DNA of 64,000 bases, taken from assembly GCA_964642015.1 (NCBI GenBank), contig CAZXLF010000008.1:18705-82704 (forward strand). Direction: 5' to 3'. This stretch comes from an uncultured Planctomycetia bacterium (lineage in GTDB: Bacteria; Omnitrophota; Gorgyraeia; 2-02-FULL-51-18). Of the stretch, positions 9,620-19,764 are shown one piece after another. Numbering within the stretch: the first letter of the stretch is position 1; each line of letters starts with the position of its first letter. A model generated the notes under the pieces. The model saw only the letters and a list, made by a program, of their open reading frames with translations. It was not told the origin of the DNA and searched no databases. Made by a program: the position numbers and the translations under genes.

Positions 9620-11044
9620 TTACTTCTGATCCAGGAACGCCTTCAGTTTGTCCGCTTGCTCGCCGGCATCCTTTACACAATCAGAGATGCCTACACCTCG
9701 ATAACTGGAACCGGTCAAAAACAAACCTTTATGTTCGTTCAAATTATTCTCAATTTGAGACACCAATTCCAAATGATCAAGTTCGTATTGTACCATAGCA
9801 TCCGGGTAACGGCTAAGCGATGAAAAAAGCGGTTTAGCTTGAATACCCAGAAGTTCACGCAACTCACGGCACGCCAGCTCTTCCAGTTCTTTATCTCCCA
9901 CTTGAAATATTTTCTTCCCAAAAACACCGCCTGCGAATACCCGAAAAAGTACTGCATCTTCAGGAGCTCTGTTGTTGAATTTCTGGCTGCTAAAACTGCA
10001 AGCAACGAGCGCACTATTCTCGGTTTTCGGAACAACAAAACCGAAACCATTCAGCGGATGTTTAATGTCCTTTCGATTGAACGCAAAATTGATCGTAGCG
10101 ACCGATTCAAAATTGATCCGATTCAACCGCTCATAAAGCGTCATATCCAGATCCTGTATCATTCGGGCCATCAACTTTGAAGAAACAGTTGAACAAACAG
10201 CATCAAAGGTTAGATCCTCTCCTGATACCGTGCTCAGCTTCCACTGATCGGATGCAGGCATTCTTGTGATCTTTTTTATTCCGCATCGAAGCCGGATGGA
10301 ATTTTGCGGGATCATTTCTGTGATCTTTTTTGTCAAAGTCTCCATACCGTCGCGAAAGGACAAAAACAGGCTGTATCTGGGCCCGCTGGCTTTATCAAAT
10401 CCGCCTTTTTTTTGTTTTGCGTTTGCCAACAAGCCGCGCACAATACTTCCGTATTTTTCCTCCATTTGCCTGAACCTTGGCATTGTGGCAAGAATACTCA
10501 AACGTTCCGGATCGCCGGTGTATATTCCGCCGATCATCGGCTGCCCTACCCGATCCAGACACTCACGGCCGAAACGCCTTCGGATAAAAGAACCTACACT
10601 TTCGTCCCTCCCATTTTGGTGGCGCGGAATAAAGGGTTCGAACATCATTCTCAATTTACCGCCCACAGAAAACAGACCGCTTTTCAAGAAAGCGCCAATG
10701 TCCGTCGGAGCGATCAGGTAAAATCCTTGCGGGACTTCCAGAAGTTTCCGATCTTTTACGATAAAACTTTTTCTATTTTCATCCCGCGTGCCGATAATCT
10801 CAGATTCCAATCCCAATTTTCTGCACAAATCAAGCGCCCAAGGTTTATCGGAGATAAAAGAATCGGGGCCTTTTTCGAGAAGAAACTCTTCCCTCTTCTC
10901 GGACTCGATCGTTCCTCCCAGACGGTTTGCAGCTTCAAAAAGTGTGATCTCGAGAGGTTCCGCAGATCTATTACTCAACTCAAAAAGCCGGTGCACTAGC
11001 GAGAGGCCCGAAATGCCACCGCCGATCACGGCCACGCGCTTCAT
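9620..11044 (-). CDS. hemY: protoporphyrinogen / coproporphyrinogen III oxidase (HemY/CgoX family)
   Basis: 474 aa. The FAD-binding N-terminus VAVIGGGISGLS, the motif GGTIES and the HemY-family length fit. It is adjacent to hemH. Confidence 0.85.
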   Translation of the reverse strand: MKRVAVIGGGISGLSLVHRLFELSNRSAEPLEITLFEAANRLGGTIESEKREEFLLEKGPDSFISDKPWALDLCRKLGLESEIIGTRDENRKSFIVKDRKLLEVPQGFYLIAPTDIGAFLKSGLFSVGGKLRMMFEPFIPRHQNGRDESVGSFIRRRFGRECLDRVGQPMIGGIYTGDPERLSILATMPRFRQMEEKYGSIVRGLLANAKQKKGGFDKASGPRYSLFLSFRDGMETLTKKITEMIPQNSIRLRCGIKKITRMPASDQWKLSTVSGEDLTFDAVCSTVSSKLMARMIQDLDMTLYERLNRINFESVATINFAFNRKDIKHPLNGFGFVVPKTENSALVACSFSSQKFNNRAPEDAVLFRVFAGGVFGKKIFQVGDKELEELACRELRELLGIQAKPLFSSLSRYPDAMVQYELDHLELVSQIENNLNEHKGLFLTGSSYRGVGISDCVKDAGEQADKLKAFLDQK

Positions 11045-11045
11045 G

Positions 11046-12011
11046 TCACACTGATCCCTGGATTTGTTTCGCAGATTTTATGGAACTTCCTAAGAGGTCA
11101 ACGACTTGGCGTCCCAGCATTTCAATAAATTTTGGATGGTCGGCTACTGTGGAAGCTCTACAATATCTCAGCCCGGCCTGCTCGGCCGACTGTTTAGCCT
11201 CAACATCCAGGTCATAAAGTACTTCGACATTGTCACACAAGAATCCGATAGGGATCAGCATAACGTTCAGGAATTTCTTTCGATCGAGAGACCGGATCAC
11301 CTGCTTTACATCCGGTATAAGCCACGGGTCATTGGGATTTCCGCTGCGACTCTGGTAACCGCAATCCCATGAAACAATGCCCAAATTCTTTGCGACCAAC
11401 GAAGACGCTTCTCTAAATTGATCCGCGTATCCGCTCTCTTCCGACATGGTTAACGGGATCGAATGGGCCGAGAATAAAAAAAACGTCTTTTCAAGCTCGT
11501 CATCAGAAAACTTGCCAATGGCAGTTCTGACTTTATCCGACTGAGCAGCGATAAATAAAGGTTCTTTATAAAAATCAGGCATATATTCCACTGCGATCGA
11601 TGAAGCCCCAACTGCATTTTGAGCTTCTTTGAGTTTTTTCACGTACTTCTCAAAACTGGCAAAACAGCGGAATGAAGACAGAACAACCGCAATCACTTTC
11701 TCAGTATGTTTATCCTTTAAATCCTTAAAAGCATCTGCCATAGAAGGCGCCGCATGCCTAAAACCCATCTCTACATTCAAAGCCAAGTTTTGATCTGCAA
11801 ACCACGATTCAAGCGCAGATCTTTGCTTGGCGGTGACGCTATTATATTCAGACTTGCCGTCAAACACTTCATAGTGATGCAGGACCTCATCGAATCTGCT
11901 CGGTGGGATTTTGACGCCTTCCAAAACGCTTTGAAGAAAAGGACGCACTTCGGCCATAGAGGTTGGCCCGCCAAATCCTATCAATAAAACGGCCGTTTTT
12001 TTATTGGACAT
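11046..12011 (-). CDS. hemH: ferrochelatase (HemH / CpfC)
   Basis: 321 aa. It begins TAVLLIGFGGP and has the typical ferrochelatase C-terminal half. Its stop abuts the hemY start. Confidence 0.9.
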   Translation of the reverse strand: MSNKKTAVLLIGFGGPTSMAEVRPFLQSVLEGVKIPPSRFDEVLHHYEVFDGKSEYNSVTAKQRSALESWFADQNLALNVEMGFRHAAPSMADAFKDLKDKHTEKVIAVVLSSFRCFASFEKYVKKLKEAQNAVGASSIAVEYMPDFYKEPLFIAAQSDKVRTAIGKFSDDELEKTFFLFSAHSIPLTMSEESGYADQFREASSLVAKNLGIVSWDCGYQSRSGNPNDPWLIPDVKQVIRSLDRKKFLNVMLIPIGFLCDNVEVLYDLDVEAKQSAEQAGLRYCRASTVADHPKFIEMLGRQVVDLLGSSIKSAKQIQGSV

Positions 12012-12070
12012 ATTTTATTGGTCAACGATATTCGGTGTGCGGTTTGCGCAAACCGCCAACCGAAAACCGC

Positions 12071-14038
12071 TCATCGATTCTGCCTCGTACTCATTTCGTG
12101 GACCATATCCACTAAAGCGATCACGTTTTCGACAGGCGTATCCGGTAAGACGCCATGGCCCAGATTAAAAATATGCCCGGGGCGTCCTTTCACGGAATCA
12201 AGAATAACTTTCACATGTTTTTTGATATCCTTCAAATTTGATAATAATATTGAGGGATCTAAATTGCCTTGGATCGCCTTTTTCTTGCCGATGATCTTCC
12301 ATGCCTTATCCAGACCGATCTGATGGTCAACGCTGATCACATCTCCGCCGGCTAGGCTGAAAGACTTTAAAAATCTGGATGTTCCAGTCCCAAAATGGAT
12401 CACCGGGACACCCTTTTTAACATCTTCTATCAATTTCGATGAATATGGCATCGCGAATTTTCTGTATTCAAACTCCGAAAGATGGCCCGCCCAGCTGTCG
12501 AAAACTTGCACGGCCTGCACGCCGGCTTCGATCTGTTGATTCAGATACTGAGCCGTCGCGATCGAAATCTTTTCCATCAAGGCTTTCCACGCCTTGGGTT
12601 CTTTCAGCATAAATTCTTTCGTTAACTGAAAATCTTTGGATGATCCGCCCTCGATCATATAGGAAGCTAGCGTGAACGGTGCTCCCGCAAACCCAATTAA
12701 CGGTATCGATCCATTCAAAGCGTCCCTGGTTTGCCGGATAGCCTGAAAAACGAACGAAAGCGAATTTCGAACATCCGCCTCAGGCAAATCGCTGACATCA
12801 CTTGCGCTTCGAATGGGCCGCTTGATTGAAGGTCCGTCTCCTTTTAAATATTCCAGTCCTAGTCCAAAACTTTCAGCAAGCAACAGAATATCCGAAAAAA
12901 TGATCGCAGCATCCGCCTTGATCTTTTCCTGCGCAACCACGGTTATTTCCGTCACGAGGTCCTTATCTTTACAAATATCCAAGAACGGTTTCGCATCACG
13001 GATGCGGCGATACTCCTTCATATAGCGCCCCGCCTGGCGCATCAACCAGATCGGCGTGTAGGATGTCTTCTCCAAACAGCTGGCTTTCAGAAAGGCGCTC
13101 TCATGATACGCATGGCCTTCCGGTTTAGTCTCATCTTCAGCGATTAAAGGGATTGGTTTACTGACTTCGGATGTGTACTCCCTAGATCGTTTCATTTCCA
13201 AAATCCCGGAGGCCCTTTGCGACGTTTCCGTAACTAAAGGCCCCATTTTAGGACTTTCGGGCTGAATATCCACCGAAATACCAAAAGATGAGAGCGTTTT
13301 GGTGCAGTCGGGGCCAACTGACGCGATGACCATTTGTTGTAGCGCATTTTTCAATTTTAATTCTACACCTATAAATCGCGCCACTTTCAACAGATGCTCT
13401 GCTTGGACAGCCGTCGTAAAAATAGCTACGTCCATTTTCCCTTCAACGATCTGGCAGACCGCATTTTTTAAAGGGCCAAGATCATCTGGAAGCTCCCAAC
13501 GATACACGGGCACCGGAGTCACGTAAGCTCCTCTGATCTTCAATCCTTCTAACAGCTCATTGTTCCTTGCGCCGTATTCCTGAACGAAAACTTGACGCTC
13601 TTTCAACGGTATTTTTTTTCTGTTCTGATCCAGTATCTGTAAAATTTCACGCCAGGTATTCGGTTCAGGTACTGTCAATGCAAACGGGACAGCCCATTCA
13701 TTCAAAACACGTACAGGCTTGGGTCCACGCGGGACGATCACTGTTCTTTTCAAAGCATCGAGGATCTTCTTACGCGGATATTTTGTCTCTAAAACCGCCA
13801 TTAGCGATCTTGCGCCGACACCCGTCAATAAGATTAAAAGGCCGACTTTTTTCTTAAAAAGTTTGTCCGCGAACGAAAATACGGCCGTATTATTTTCAAG
13901 GGATACTTCCTTCATCGAAGGAGCAGAAAAAGCATTGCCACCCTGTAAGTTAATAAGGTCCGACATCGTCTTCGCAAGACGGCTTTCAAAAAAAACTACG
14001 TTCAGACCTTTTAATTTGGAATCTGTATTCATCGGCAT
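12071..14038 (-). CDS. hemDE: fused uroporphyrinogen-III synthase (HemD, N-terminal) and uroporphyrinogen decarboxylase (HemE, C-terminal)
   Basis: 655 aa. The N-terminal 260 aa are HemD-like. The C-terminal 350 aa carry the URO-D signature PIWLMRQAGRYMKEYR and AIIFSDILL. Confidence 0.85.
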   Translation of the reverse strand: MPMNTDSKLKGLNVVFFESRLAKTMSDLINLQGGNAFSAPSMKEVSLENNTAVFSFADKLFKKKVGLLILLTGVGARSLMAVLETKYPRKKILDALKRTVIVPRGPKPVRVLNEWAVPFALTVPEPNTWREILQILDQNRKKIPLKERQVFVQEYGARNNELLEGLKIRGAYVTPVPVYRWELPDDLGPLKNAVCQIVEGKMDVAIFTTAVQAEHLLKVARFIGVELKLKNALQQMVIASVGPDCTKTLSSFGISVDIQPESPKMGPLVTETSQRASGILEMKRSREYTSEVSKPIPLIAEDETKPEGHAYHESAFLKASCLEKTSYTPIWLMRQAGRYMKEYRRIRDAKPFLDICKDKDLVTEITVVAQEKIKADAAIIFSDILLLAESFGLGLEYLKGDGPSIKRPIRSASDVSDLPEADVRNSLSFVFQAIRQTRDALNGSIPLIGFAGAPFTLASYMIEGGSSKDFQLTKEFMLKEPKAWKALMEKISIATAQYLNQQIEAGVQAVQVFDSWAGHLSEFEYRKFAMPYSSKLIEDVKKGVPVIHFGTGTSRFLKSFSLAGGDVISVDHQIGLDKAWKIIGKKKAIQGNLDPSILLSNLKDIKKHVKVILDSVKGRPGHIFNLGHGVLPDTPVENVIALVDMVHEMSTRQNR

Positions 14039-14041
14039 GGT

Positions 14042-15172
14042 CTATCTGCTTTGATCAACAACTTGCTCATAGATATTTTCGATCTCATTCACCATCCGGT
14101 CGAGAGAACAAAGTTTCACAGCCATCTTTTGACCATTCTCGGCTATGGATCGCGCTTTATCAGGATCCTCGATAATAGATCGGATAGCTTTGACCAAAGC
14201 ATCAGCGCTTTTGGGTTCGACAAGAAAACCGTTCACTTGATCCTGAATGATGGAGTTGATGGCCCAAATATTCGTGCCGACCACCGGTTTTTTAGCGACC
14301 ATCGCTTCGGCGATCGTGAATCCAAAACCTTCCCGAAACGTTGCCGGATGAACAAAAGCATCCATGATTGATAAAATGCCCGTCACATCCGGAATAGCTG
14401 AGAGTATCCTTACCCGATCTTTTAGAGCCAATTTTTCAATAAGTTCCTCCAAATTCTCTTTTTCGCGACCATTTCCCAAGATCAAAAGAAAAATATTCCC
14501 GAATTTACCGCTCAACTTTTTTACCGCTTCTATCAGGTATTCATGGCCTTTATCGCGGACCAACCGCGAAATAGAACCCACGACAAATGCGCTGGCTGGG
14601 ATACCCAATCTATTCCGCTCCACCAAAGGATCTTTTTCCGACATTCTTTTTTGGAACGCATCGACATCGATCGCGTTCTGCACCAAACAAATCCTTTTTT
14701 CATCAACGCCGTGCGTCTTCTTCAATTCATCCGCCACAAGCGGGCTTACCGCGATCACACGCTCTCCCCAGCATCCGAATATTCTTCTGCCTAATCTCGG
14801 CTTGTAAAAACCATGCGCTGTCGTCACAACCGGGATTTTTGTCATTTTTGATATGAAGAAAGCTAATACTTGCATCACGCGCGTATGAGCGTGAAGAAGA
14901 TCGATCTCTTCTTTTCTGACAAGATCGACTATTTTGGGAAGATTAAAATAAAGTTTGGGGCTGAGCTCGGTCTTGGTGCGTAAAGGAAATATAAAAATAT
15001 CAAATCCCTTTTTCTTTAGAACCTCCGCCATGTCTCCACCTGATGATAAGATGCCCACACGATAACCCTTCTGTAGAAGTTTCGTGCCAGTCATATCAAT
15101 ATAACTGGTGATGCCTCCTATGTTAAGGTGTGTAGCTAAATGAAGAACCTTGATGCGCTTATGGGAAGCCAT
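14042..15172 (-). CDS. glycosyltransferase family 4 (GT-B fold)
   Basis: 376 aa. It starts KVLHLATHLNIGG and has an E-x7-E-like C-terminal region, FREGFGFTIAEAMVAKKPVV. Confidence 0.85.
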   Translation of the reverse strand: MASHKRIKVLHLATHLNIGGITSYIDMTGTKLLQKGYRVGILSSGGDMAEVLKKKGFDIFIFPLRTKTELSPKLYFNLPKIVDLVRKEEIDLLHAHTRVMQVLAFFISKMTKIPVVTTAHGFYKPRLGRRIFGCWGERVIAVSPLVADELKKTHGVDEKRICLVQNAIDVDAFQKRMSEKDPLVERNRLGIPASAFVVGSISRLVRDKGHEYLIEAVKKLSGKFGNIFLLILGNGREKENLEELIEKLALKDRVRILSAIPDVTGILSIMDAFVHPATFREGFGFTIAEAMVAKKPVVGTNIWAINSIIQDQVNGFLVEPKSADALVKAIRSIIEDPDKARSIAENGQKMAVKLCSLDRMVNEIENIYEQVVDQSR

Positions 15173-15187
15173 AAGAAAGATGCTGAC

Positions 15188-16930
15188 TTAATTCTTCAGA
15201 TCCGGTGAATAGGGCGTTTGAATACCGTAGCGTTGGCTTAAAGAATTTATCTCATCAAGTATCTTTGGATTTGAGCCTTCCGTCGTCAGACGGCTAATCA
15301 GATAATAGATCTTGTTGAACGCGTATCCTTTCATGATGTCGGCGTTACCGTGCGGTGCGTCCTTCAGCGAACGTGTGAAGACCAATTCCTTGGTCTTTCC
15401 GTCAACATCGCCCAAAAGCTGCATGGAAAAAGAATCCTCATCGTTGTAAGTTCCATAAAGCGTGAACTCCGCGTTGCGGTAAAAATCGGGCAGGGATTTG
15501 GGAAATACCTCGCTTTCATCCAAATTATTCAGCCGGTACCTTAGATTCAAAAAAAGCGGGTCTCGGATCTTATCATAAAATCCGCCAAGACCTTCATGAA
15601 TCGCTGAAATGCTCTTCACGTATTGAGACCAGGCGCGGTTCTGATAAGAAATAAAATCCAAAAGGTAACGGTTCACTTTCGCGCCTCCGCTGAACGCAAA
15701 AATCGGCCTTGTCTTGTCATTGATGCGCGTCACGGAATTGATAAGTTCTCGCGAGTCCACAACTCCGTAAGTCGGCCGGCCGTCTGAAATCAGGATCACA
15801 TTGGAAGGTGTGCGATTTATGGGAAGCCCGACAATGTTTTGAAAAGCCGCATAAACATCCGTCTGCTGGCTCGCGGTAAGATCCAATACAAAACGTTCGG
15901 CTTTCTTGATATTCTCGGGCGTCGCCTGAACCGACCCCTTAGAAAAGAAATGGGTCTCGTCTTTGAATGAAACGATATTAAAAAGATCATTCTGATTCAA
16001 ATGCTCGAGACAATAACGAATGCCTCTCTGAACTTCTTCCAAGCGGTCTTTACGGATACTCAGCGAGCAATCGATGGTGAAAAGAATCTCTTTCGGCATG
16101 ACATGAAAAACTTTCGCGTCTTTTTTGGCCAAAATATTTATCATATAATATTTTTTGCCGTCCGAAGGATCCTGGTACGTAAAGACCTGTACATCCATAA
16201 AATCATCCAAAGCGCCGTATTTGGCGATGTTCAGCTTCGACTCGCCGACACCTTCATCCAAACCATCGGCAAAGCCTCCGGGGCTGCCGCTGCCTGTTCC
16301 GCCACCTCCGCCGCCGCCGGTGCCGCTGGGCGTGAATCCGGGCATACCCTCTTCAGGATCGATGCCTACATTCTGCGTTGCTTCAATATTTAAACCGGCC
16401 AGAGGTTTCGCGAGGAACTTTAAAAGATTATCCTGATCAAATTTGCGGCTTAATATTTTGGCCACTGAAGCGCCGGCCGTCGATTGCTGTCTGGATTGAA
16501 CTTTATCTTTTAATTGGCGCTCTTGAGTCTTTGTCGCGACCGCTTCAAAATCTCGCGCGTTGGTCAGCGAGGAACCTTCCATTTCGATCTGTCTCGGGAC
16601 CGTCTCCATTGAATTTTGATTCAAAGGCGTCGACCGTCTCACCAGCGAATCCACAGTGACATCTTTTACCGACGCGATGGAGTTAGTCATGCCTTTATTG
16701 ACGAATTGAAGGGACTGCGTATTCCCATGGCGCTCTCCGCCGCCCGGTTTACCGGCTATCGTAGGCAGATTCTCGACGCCTTTCAAGCGGAACTGCCTCG
16801 TCACGTGTTCCTCCGCGGCCGGATTCATTTTGACGTGGATGAACCACAAAGCAATGATCGCAAAAAGGTGCAGAATTAAGGATGAAACGACCGGGAAAAA
16901 CCAGGGATGCCTTCGGATTCTCTCAAACAT
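15188..16930 (-). CDS. VWA-domain membrane protein (BatA/BatB-like)
   Basis: 580 aa. It has an N-terminal TM helix, a Gly-rich linker, and then a VWA domain with a MIDAS-like motif TIDCSLSI. Confidence 0.7.
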   Translation of the reverse strand: MFERIRRHPWFFPVVSSLILHLFAIIALWFIHVKMNPAAEEHVTRQFRLKGVENLPTIAGKPGGGERHGNTQSLQFVNKGMTNSIASVKDVTVDSLVRRSTPLNQNSMETVPRQIEMEGSSLTNARDFEAVATKTQERQLKDKVQSRQQSTAGASVAKILSRKFDQDNLLKFLAKPLAGLNIEATQNVGIDPEEGMPGFTPSGTGGGGGGGTGSGSPGGFADGLDEGVGESKLNIAKYGALDDFMDVQVFTYQDPSDGKKYYMINILAKKDAKVFHVMPKEILFTIDCSLSIRKDRLEEVQRGIRYCLEHLNQNDLFNIVSFKDETHFFSKGSVQATPENIKKAERFVLDLTASQQTDVYAAFQNIVGLPINRTPSNVILISDGRPTYGVVDSRELINSVTRINDKTRPIFAFSGGAKVNRYLLDFISYQNRAWSQYVKSISAIHEGLGGFYDKIRDPLFLNLRYRLNNLDESEVFPKSLPDFYRNAEFTLYGTYNDEDSFSMQLLGDVDGKTKELVFTRSLKDAPHGNADIMKGYAFNKIYYLISRLTTEGSNPKILDEINSLSQRYGIQTPYSPDLKN

Positions 16931-16938
16931 GATTTCCT

Positions 16939-19374
16939 TTAATAGTTTTCTTTGTCAGGTATCTTCTCAGCCCACTCGCTTTTCGGATAATGCGCCTTCA
17001 ACTCCGAAAACGCTTTGTGCGCATCGTCAAATTTATTCAGCTGCGTAAAACACTCTCCCGCCTTGTAAAGCGCAAGCGGCGTATATTTTTCATCATCATA
17101 AAGGATCGCGACCATCATGAACGCCTTCGCGGCTTCGGGAATATTTCCGGCCTTGAGACGCAGGTTCGCGATCTCAAACCGCGCACGCATCGTGACCTTC
17201 ACTTCAGAATCATAGCGCAGCGCTTCTGCAAAATATTTTTCGGCGTCGGCATCTTTATTCATTACGGCCGAGGCAATACCCAAACCTAAATTCGCATGAG
17301 GTACATACGCTCCATTGGATTTTATTTTGATCGATTGGGCATAAAAATCGATCGCCTTCACGTAATCTTTCATGCCCATCGCGCTTTCGCCTTGAAAAAA
17401 AGCGATCTCATGGCTCAGGTCCTGGCCGGGAATGCGGTTAGGCAAAAGCTCAAGAATCTTGGACAGCTTCGCATAGTCGCTATGATCCAATAGATACTGC
17501 ATCAGCCAAAAAACTCCGTCCGTGTCCACTTTAACATTCGGTTTATTGAAAATGAGATCTTCGTAGAATTTTCTGGCACGCTCGAAGTCATTGGCCTGGA
17601 TGTAAATAAAACCCAATCGCGAGACAGCTTCCGCAGCCAGCGGACTATCCGGGTAATCGTGACAAAATTTTTCATAAAGAAACGCTGCGTGTTTTGTATC
17701 ACCCTGATTTTCTATGCTTGCCGCTTTTCCATATAAGGATTCCGCATATACTTTAGACATCGGATAATGGTGGATCACATACTGAAACGCATCGGCTGCC
17801 TGTTTGTATTTTTGAAGACCTGTCAAAGCGACACCCAATTTGTAATAAGCAATATCCAGCAGCGGATCCTGCGAATGTTCCTTGATCAAAAGCAGAGCTG
17901 TTTCAACCGCCTTTGCAAAATTTCCCGCATCAAGGTCCAATTGGATCATTTGAAAATAAGCTTTGGGAACCTGCTCGTCTTCACGAAAAAGAGCGACAGC
18001 TTGTTCTAAACTCTGTCTGGCTTTCACGGGATCGCCGGCCTTCGCGTATACATCTCCCAATTCATATAACGCGGCTTTATAATAATCACCTGAATTTTTC
18101 TGAGGCACTGCTTCAAAAGCCGCCGCCGCGCCGGAATAATCGCCGATGTCCTTGAGCAATTCTCCTTTTTCGTAATAAACCATGGCTGGATTCGTCGGAT
18201 CTTGGGTTAAAAGGTCCTGAATGACCTGGAACGCCTCCTCTTTTTTGCCGGATAGCGCCAATGTTTTGGCTTTTTTGAAAATGGCCTTTTCTTTCGTCGC
18301 TTTGTCAGTTTGCGGGTCTGCGATCAATTCGTCAAAACCGCTCGACGCCGCGGCGTAATCTTTTTTATCAAGCACGATGCTTGTGATCAAAAACTTCACT
18401 TCCGACATATGCCCGGTCTTTTGAATAAAATCTTTCTCGGCATCGAGACGTTTCTTCGCGGTATCCAGATCGTGCAGCTGATAGTCACAGTAAAAAAGAT
18501 TCATCAGTGCCTTCTCATGGGTTGCGTTTATTTTCTTCTGCGCATCGGTCGTCTCTTCGCTTTCAGCAGGATGAAGCGCTAGAAGTTTCTCATAATCATC
18601 TTTTGCCTTTGTATATTCCTTATTATAGAAATGGACCTCGGCGATCTTGAATCTTGCGTCCCTGGCTATCTCGGCCGGCATATTACGGTCTGCGGCGATC
18701 TGGTAAGCGGTGACCGCACTGTCAAATTTCTTCTCCTTCAGATAATAATCCCCAAGTTCTATAGAGGCATAAGTCGCGAACTCATTCTGAGGATATTCTT
18801 TCAAAAGCTTTTGGTATATCTCTACGCTTTTCTCGGAATTCTTCTTGCCCTCATAGGATTTGCCCATATAAAAAAGAGCGCCTCCGCGGATCGTCGGATC
18901 CGTGGCATCCTTAGCGATCTTCTGAAAGATCTTAACAGCCGGAGCAGTCTGCTTTAGGTAATAATGAGCGGTGGCGACCCTAAACCAAGCGATGGAAACA
19001 CGGTTATCATTGGGAAAATTTTTGATAAAGGCCTGAAATTTATCGATCGCTTCGGGATAATTCTTGCTGAAAAAATAGGAGTCCGCTAAACGAAAATGAG
19101 CGGATGAAGCTTCAGAGGATCCGGGATTGGACTGGATGAATTTCTCATACTCACTGATCGCCGGCGCGTACATCTTTCTAACATAGAGTCCGTTGGCAAA
19201 ATCAAGCGAAGTCGAACTGTCATTCGCGGGCGATGCGTTGGCCTGGGGCTCCGCCGCAGACAACTGGGAAATAAAAAAAACTCCCAGAAAGAAGATAAGG
19301 CTGAAAGATTTGATCGGGATCAGCCTTCTCTGGTTGTGGCGAAAGAAATATTCCATATTTTGGATTTTGCGCAA
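16939..19374 (-). CDS. tetratricopeptide-repeat protein, secreted or periplasmic
   Basis: 811 aa. A signal peptide is followed by many TPR-like repeats of the form W/Y...A...Y...G...A...F. Confidence 0.8.
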   Translation of the reverse strand: MRKIQNMEYFFRHNQRRLIPIKSFSLIFFLGVFFISQLSAAEPQANASPANDSSTSLDFANGLYVRKMYAPAISEYEKFIQSNPGSSEASSAHFRLADSYFFSKNYPEAIDKFQAFIKNFPNDNRVSIAWFRVATAHYYLKQTAPAVKIFQKIAKDATDPTIRGGALFYMGKSYEGKKNSEKSVEIYQKLLKEYPQNEFATYASIELGDYYLKEKKFDSAVTAYQIAADRNMPAEIARDARFKIAEVHFYNKEYTKAKDDYEKLLALHPAESEETTDAQKKINATHEKALMNLFYCDYQLHDLDTAKKRLDAEKDFIQKTGHMSEVKFLITSIVLDKKDYAAASSGFDELIADPQTDKATKEKAIFKKAKTLALSGKKEEAFQVIQDLLTQDPTNPAMVYYEKGELLKDIGDYSGAAAAFEAVPQKNSGDYYKAALYELGDVYAKAGDPVKARQSLEQAVALFREDEQVPKAYFQMIQLDLDAGNFAKAVETALLLIKEHSQDPLLDIAYYKLGVALTGLQKYKQAADAFQYVIHHYPMSKVYAESLYGKAASIENQGDTKHAAFLYEKFCHDYPDSPLAAEAVSRLGFIYIQANDFERARKFYEDLIFNKPNVKVDTDGVFWLMQYLLDHSDYAKLSKILELLPNRIPGQDLSHEIAFFQGESAMGMKDYVKAIDFYAQSIKIKSNGAYVPHANLGLGIASAVMNKDADAEKYFAEALRYDSEVKVTMRARFEIANLRLKAGNIPEAAKAFMMVAILYDDEKYTPLALYKAGECFTQLNKFDDAHKAFSELKAHYPKSEWAEKIPDKENY

Positions 19375-19739
19375 GCGTCGAGAATGCGGACAACATGCTC
19401 ATGATAAGTTTTTTGGTCAGCTCTCAATACCACCGCCTGGCTCGGATAAAGCTCGGCTGTTTTCTTGAGCAGACTGCTCAATTGCTCCACACTGACCCTC
19501 TTTCGGTTCACGACCACAGTGCCATCCTTCAAGATATTGATCACGATCTCTTCGGGAGAGATCTTTGCTTCCGCGCTTGTTTGCGCCTGAGGCACGGCAA
19601 TGTTGAGTTCGGATTCAAAATTAAAATGCAGGAAGAGCGCCATGAAAAATGACAAGTTGATGAACAAAATATCGATCAAAGATGTCATCTGGATCACTGG
19701 GAGCGGTTTTACATATTCATTCTGTTTGAAACTGATCAT
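19320..19739 (-). CDS. exbD: biopolymer transport protein ExbD/TolR
   Basis: 139 aa. It has one N-terminal TM helix (TSLIDILFINLSFFMALF) and a periplasmic ExbD domain. Its 3' end overlaps the TPR ORF start by about 55 nt. Confidence 0.8.
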   Translation of the reverse strand: MISFKQNEYVKPLPVIQMTSLIDILFINLSFFMALFLHFNFESELNIAVPQAQTSAEAKISPEEIVINILKDGTVVVNRKRVSVEQLSSLLKKTAELYPSQAVVLRADQKTYHEHVVRILDACAKSKIWNISFATTREG

Positions 19740-19764
19740 CGGGGTCTCTCCGCGCTCGAAAAAG

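Noticed and set aside
16270-16330. A Gly-rich tract (GTGGGGGGGTGSGSPGG) in the VWA protein as a repeat element
   Set aside because: It is a short low-complexity linker within a coding sequence, not a genomic repeat.
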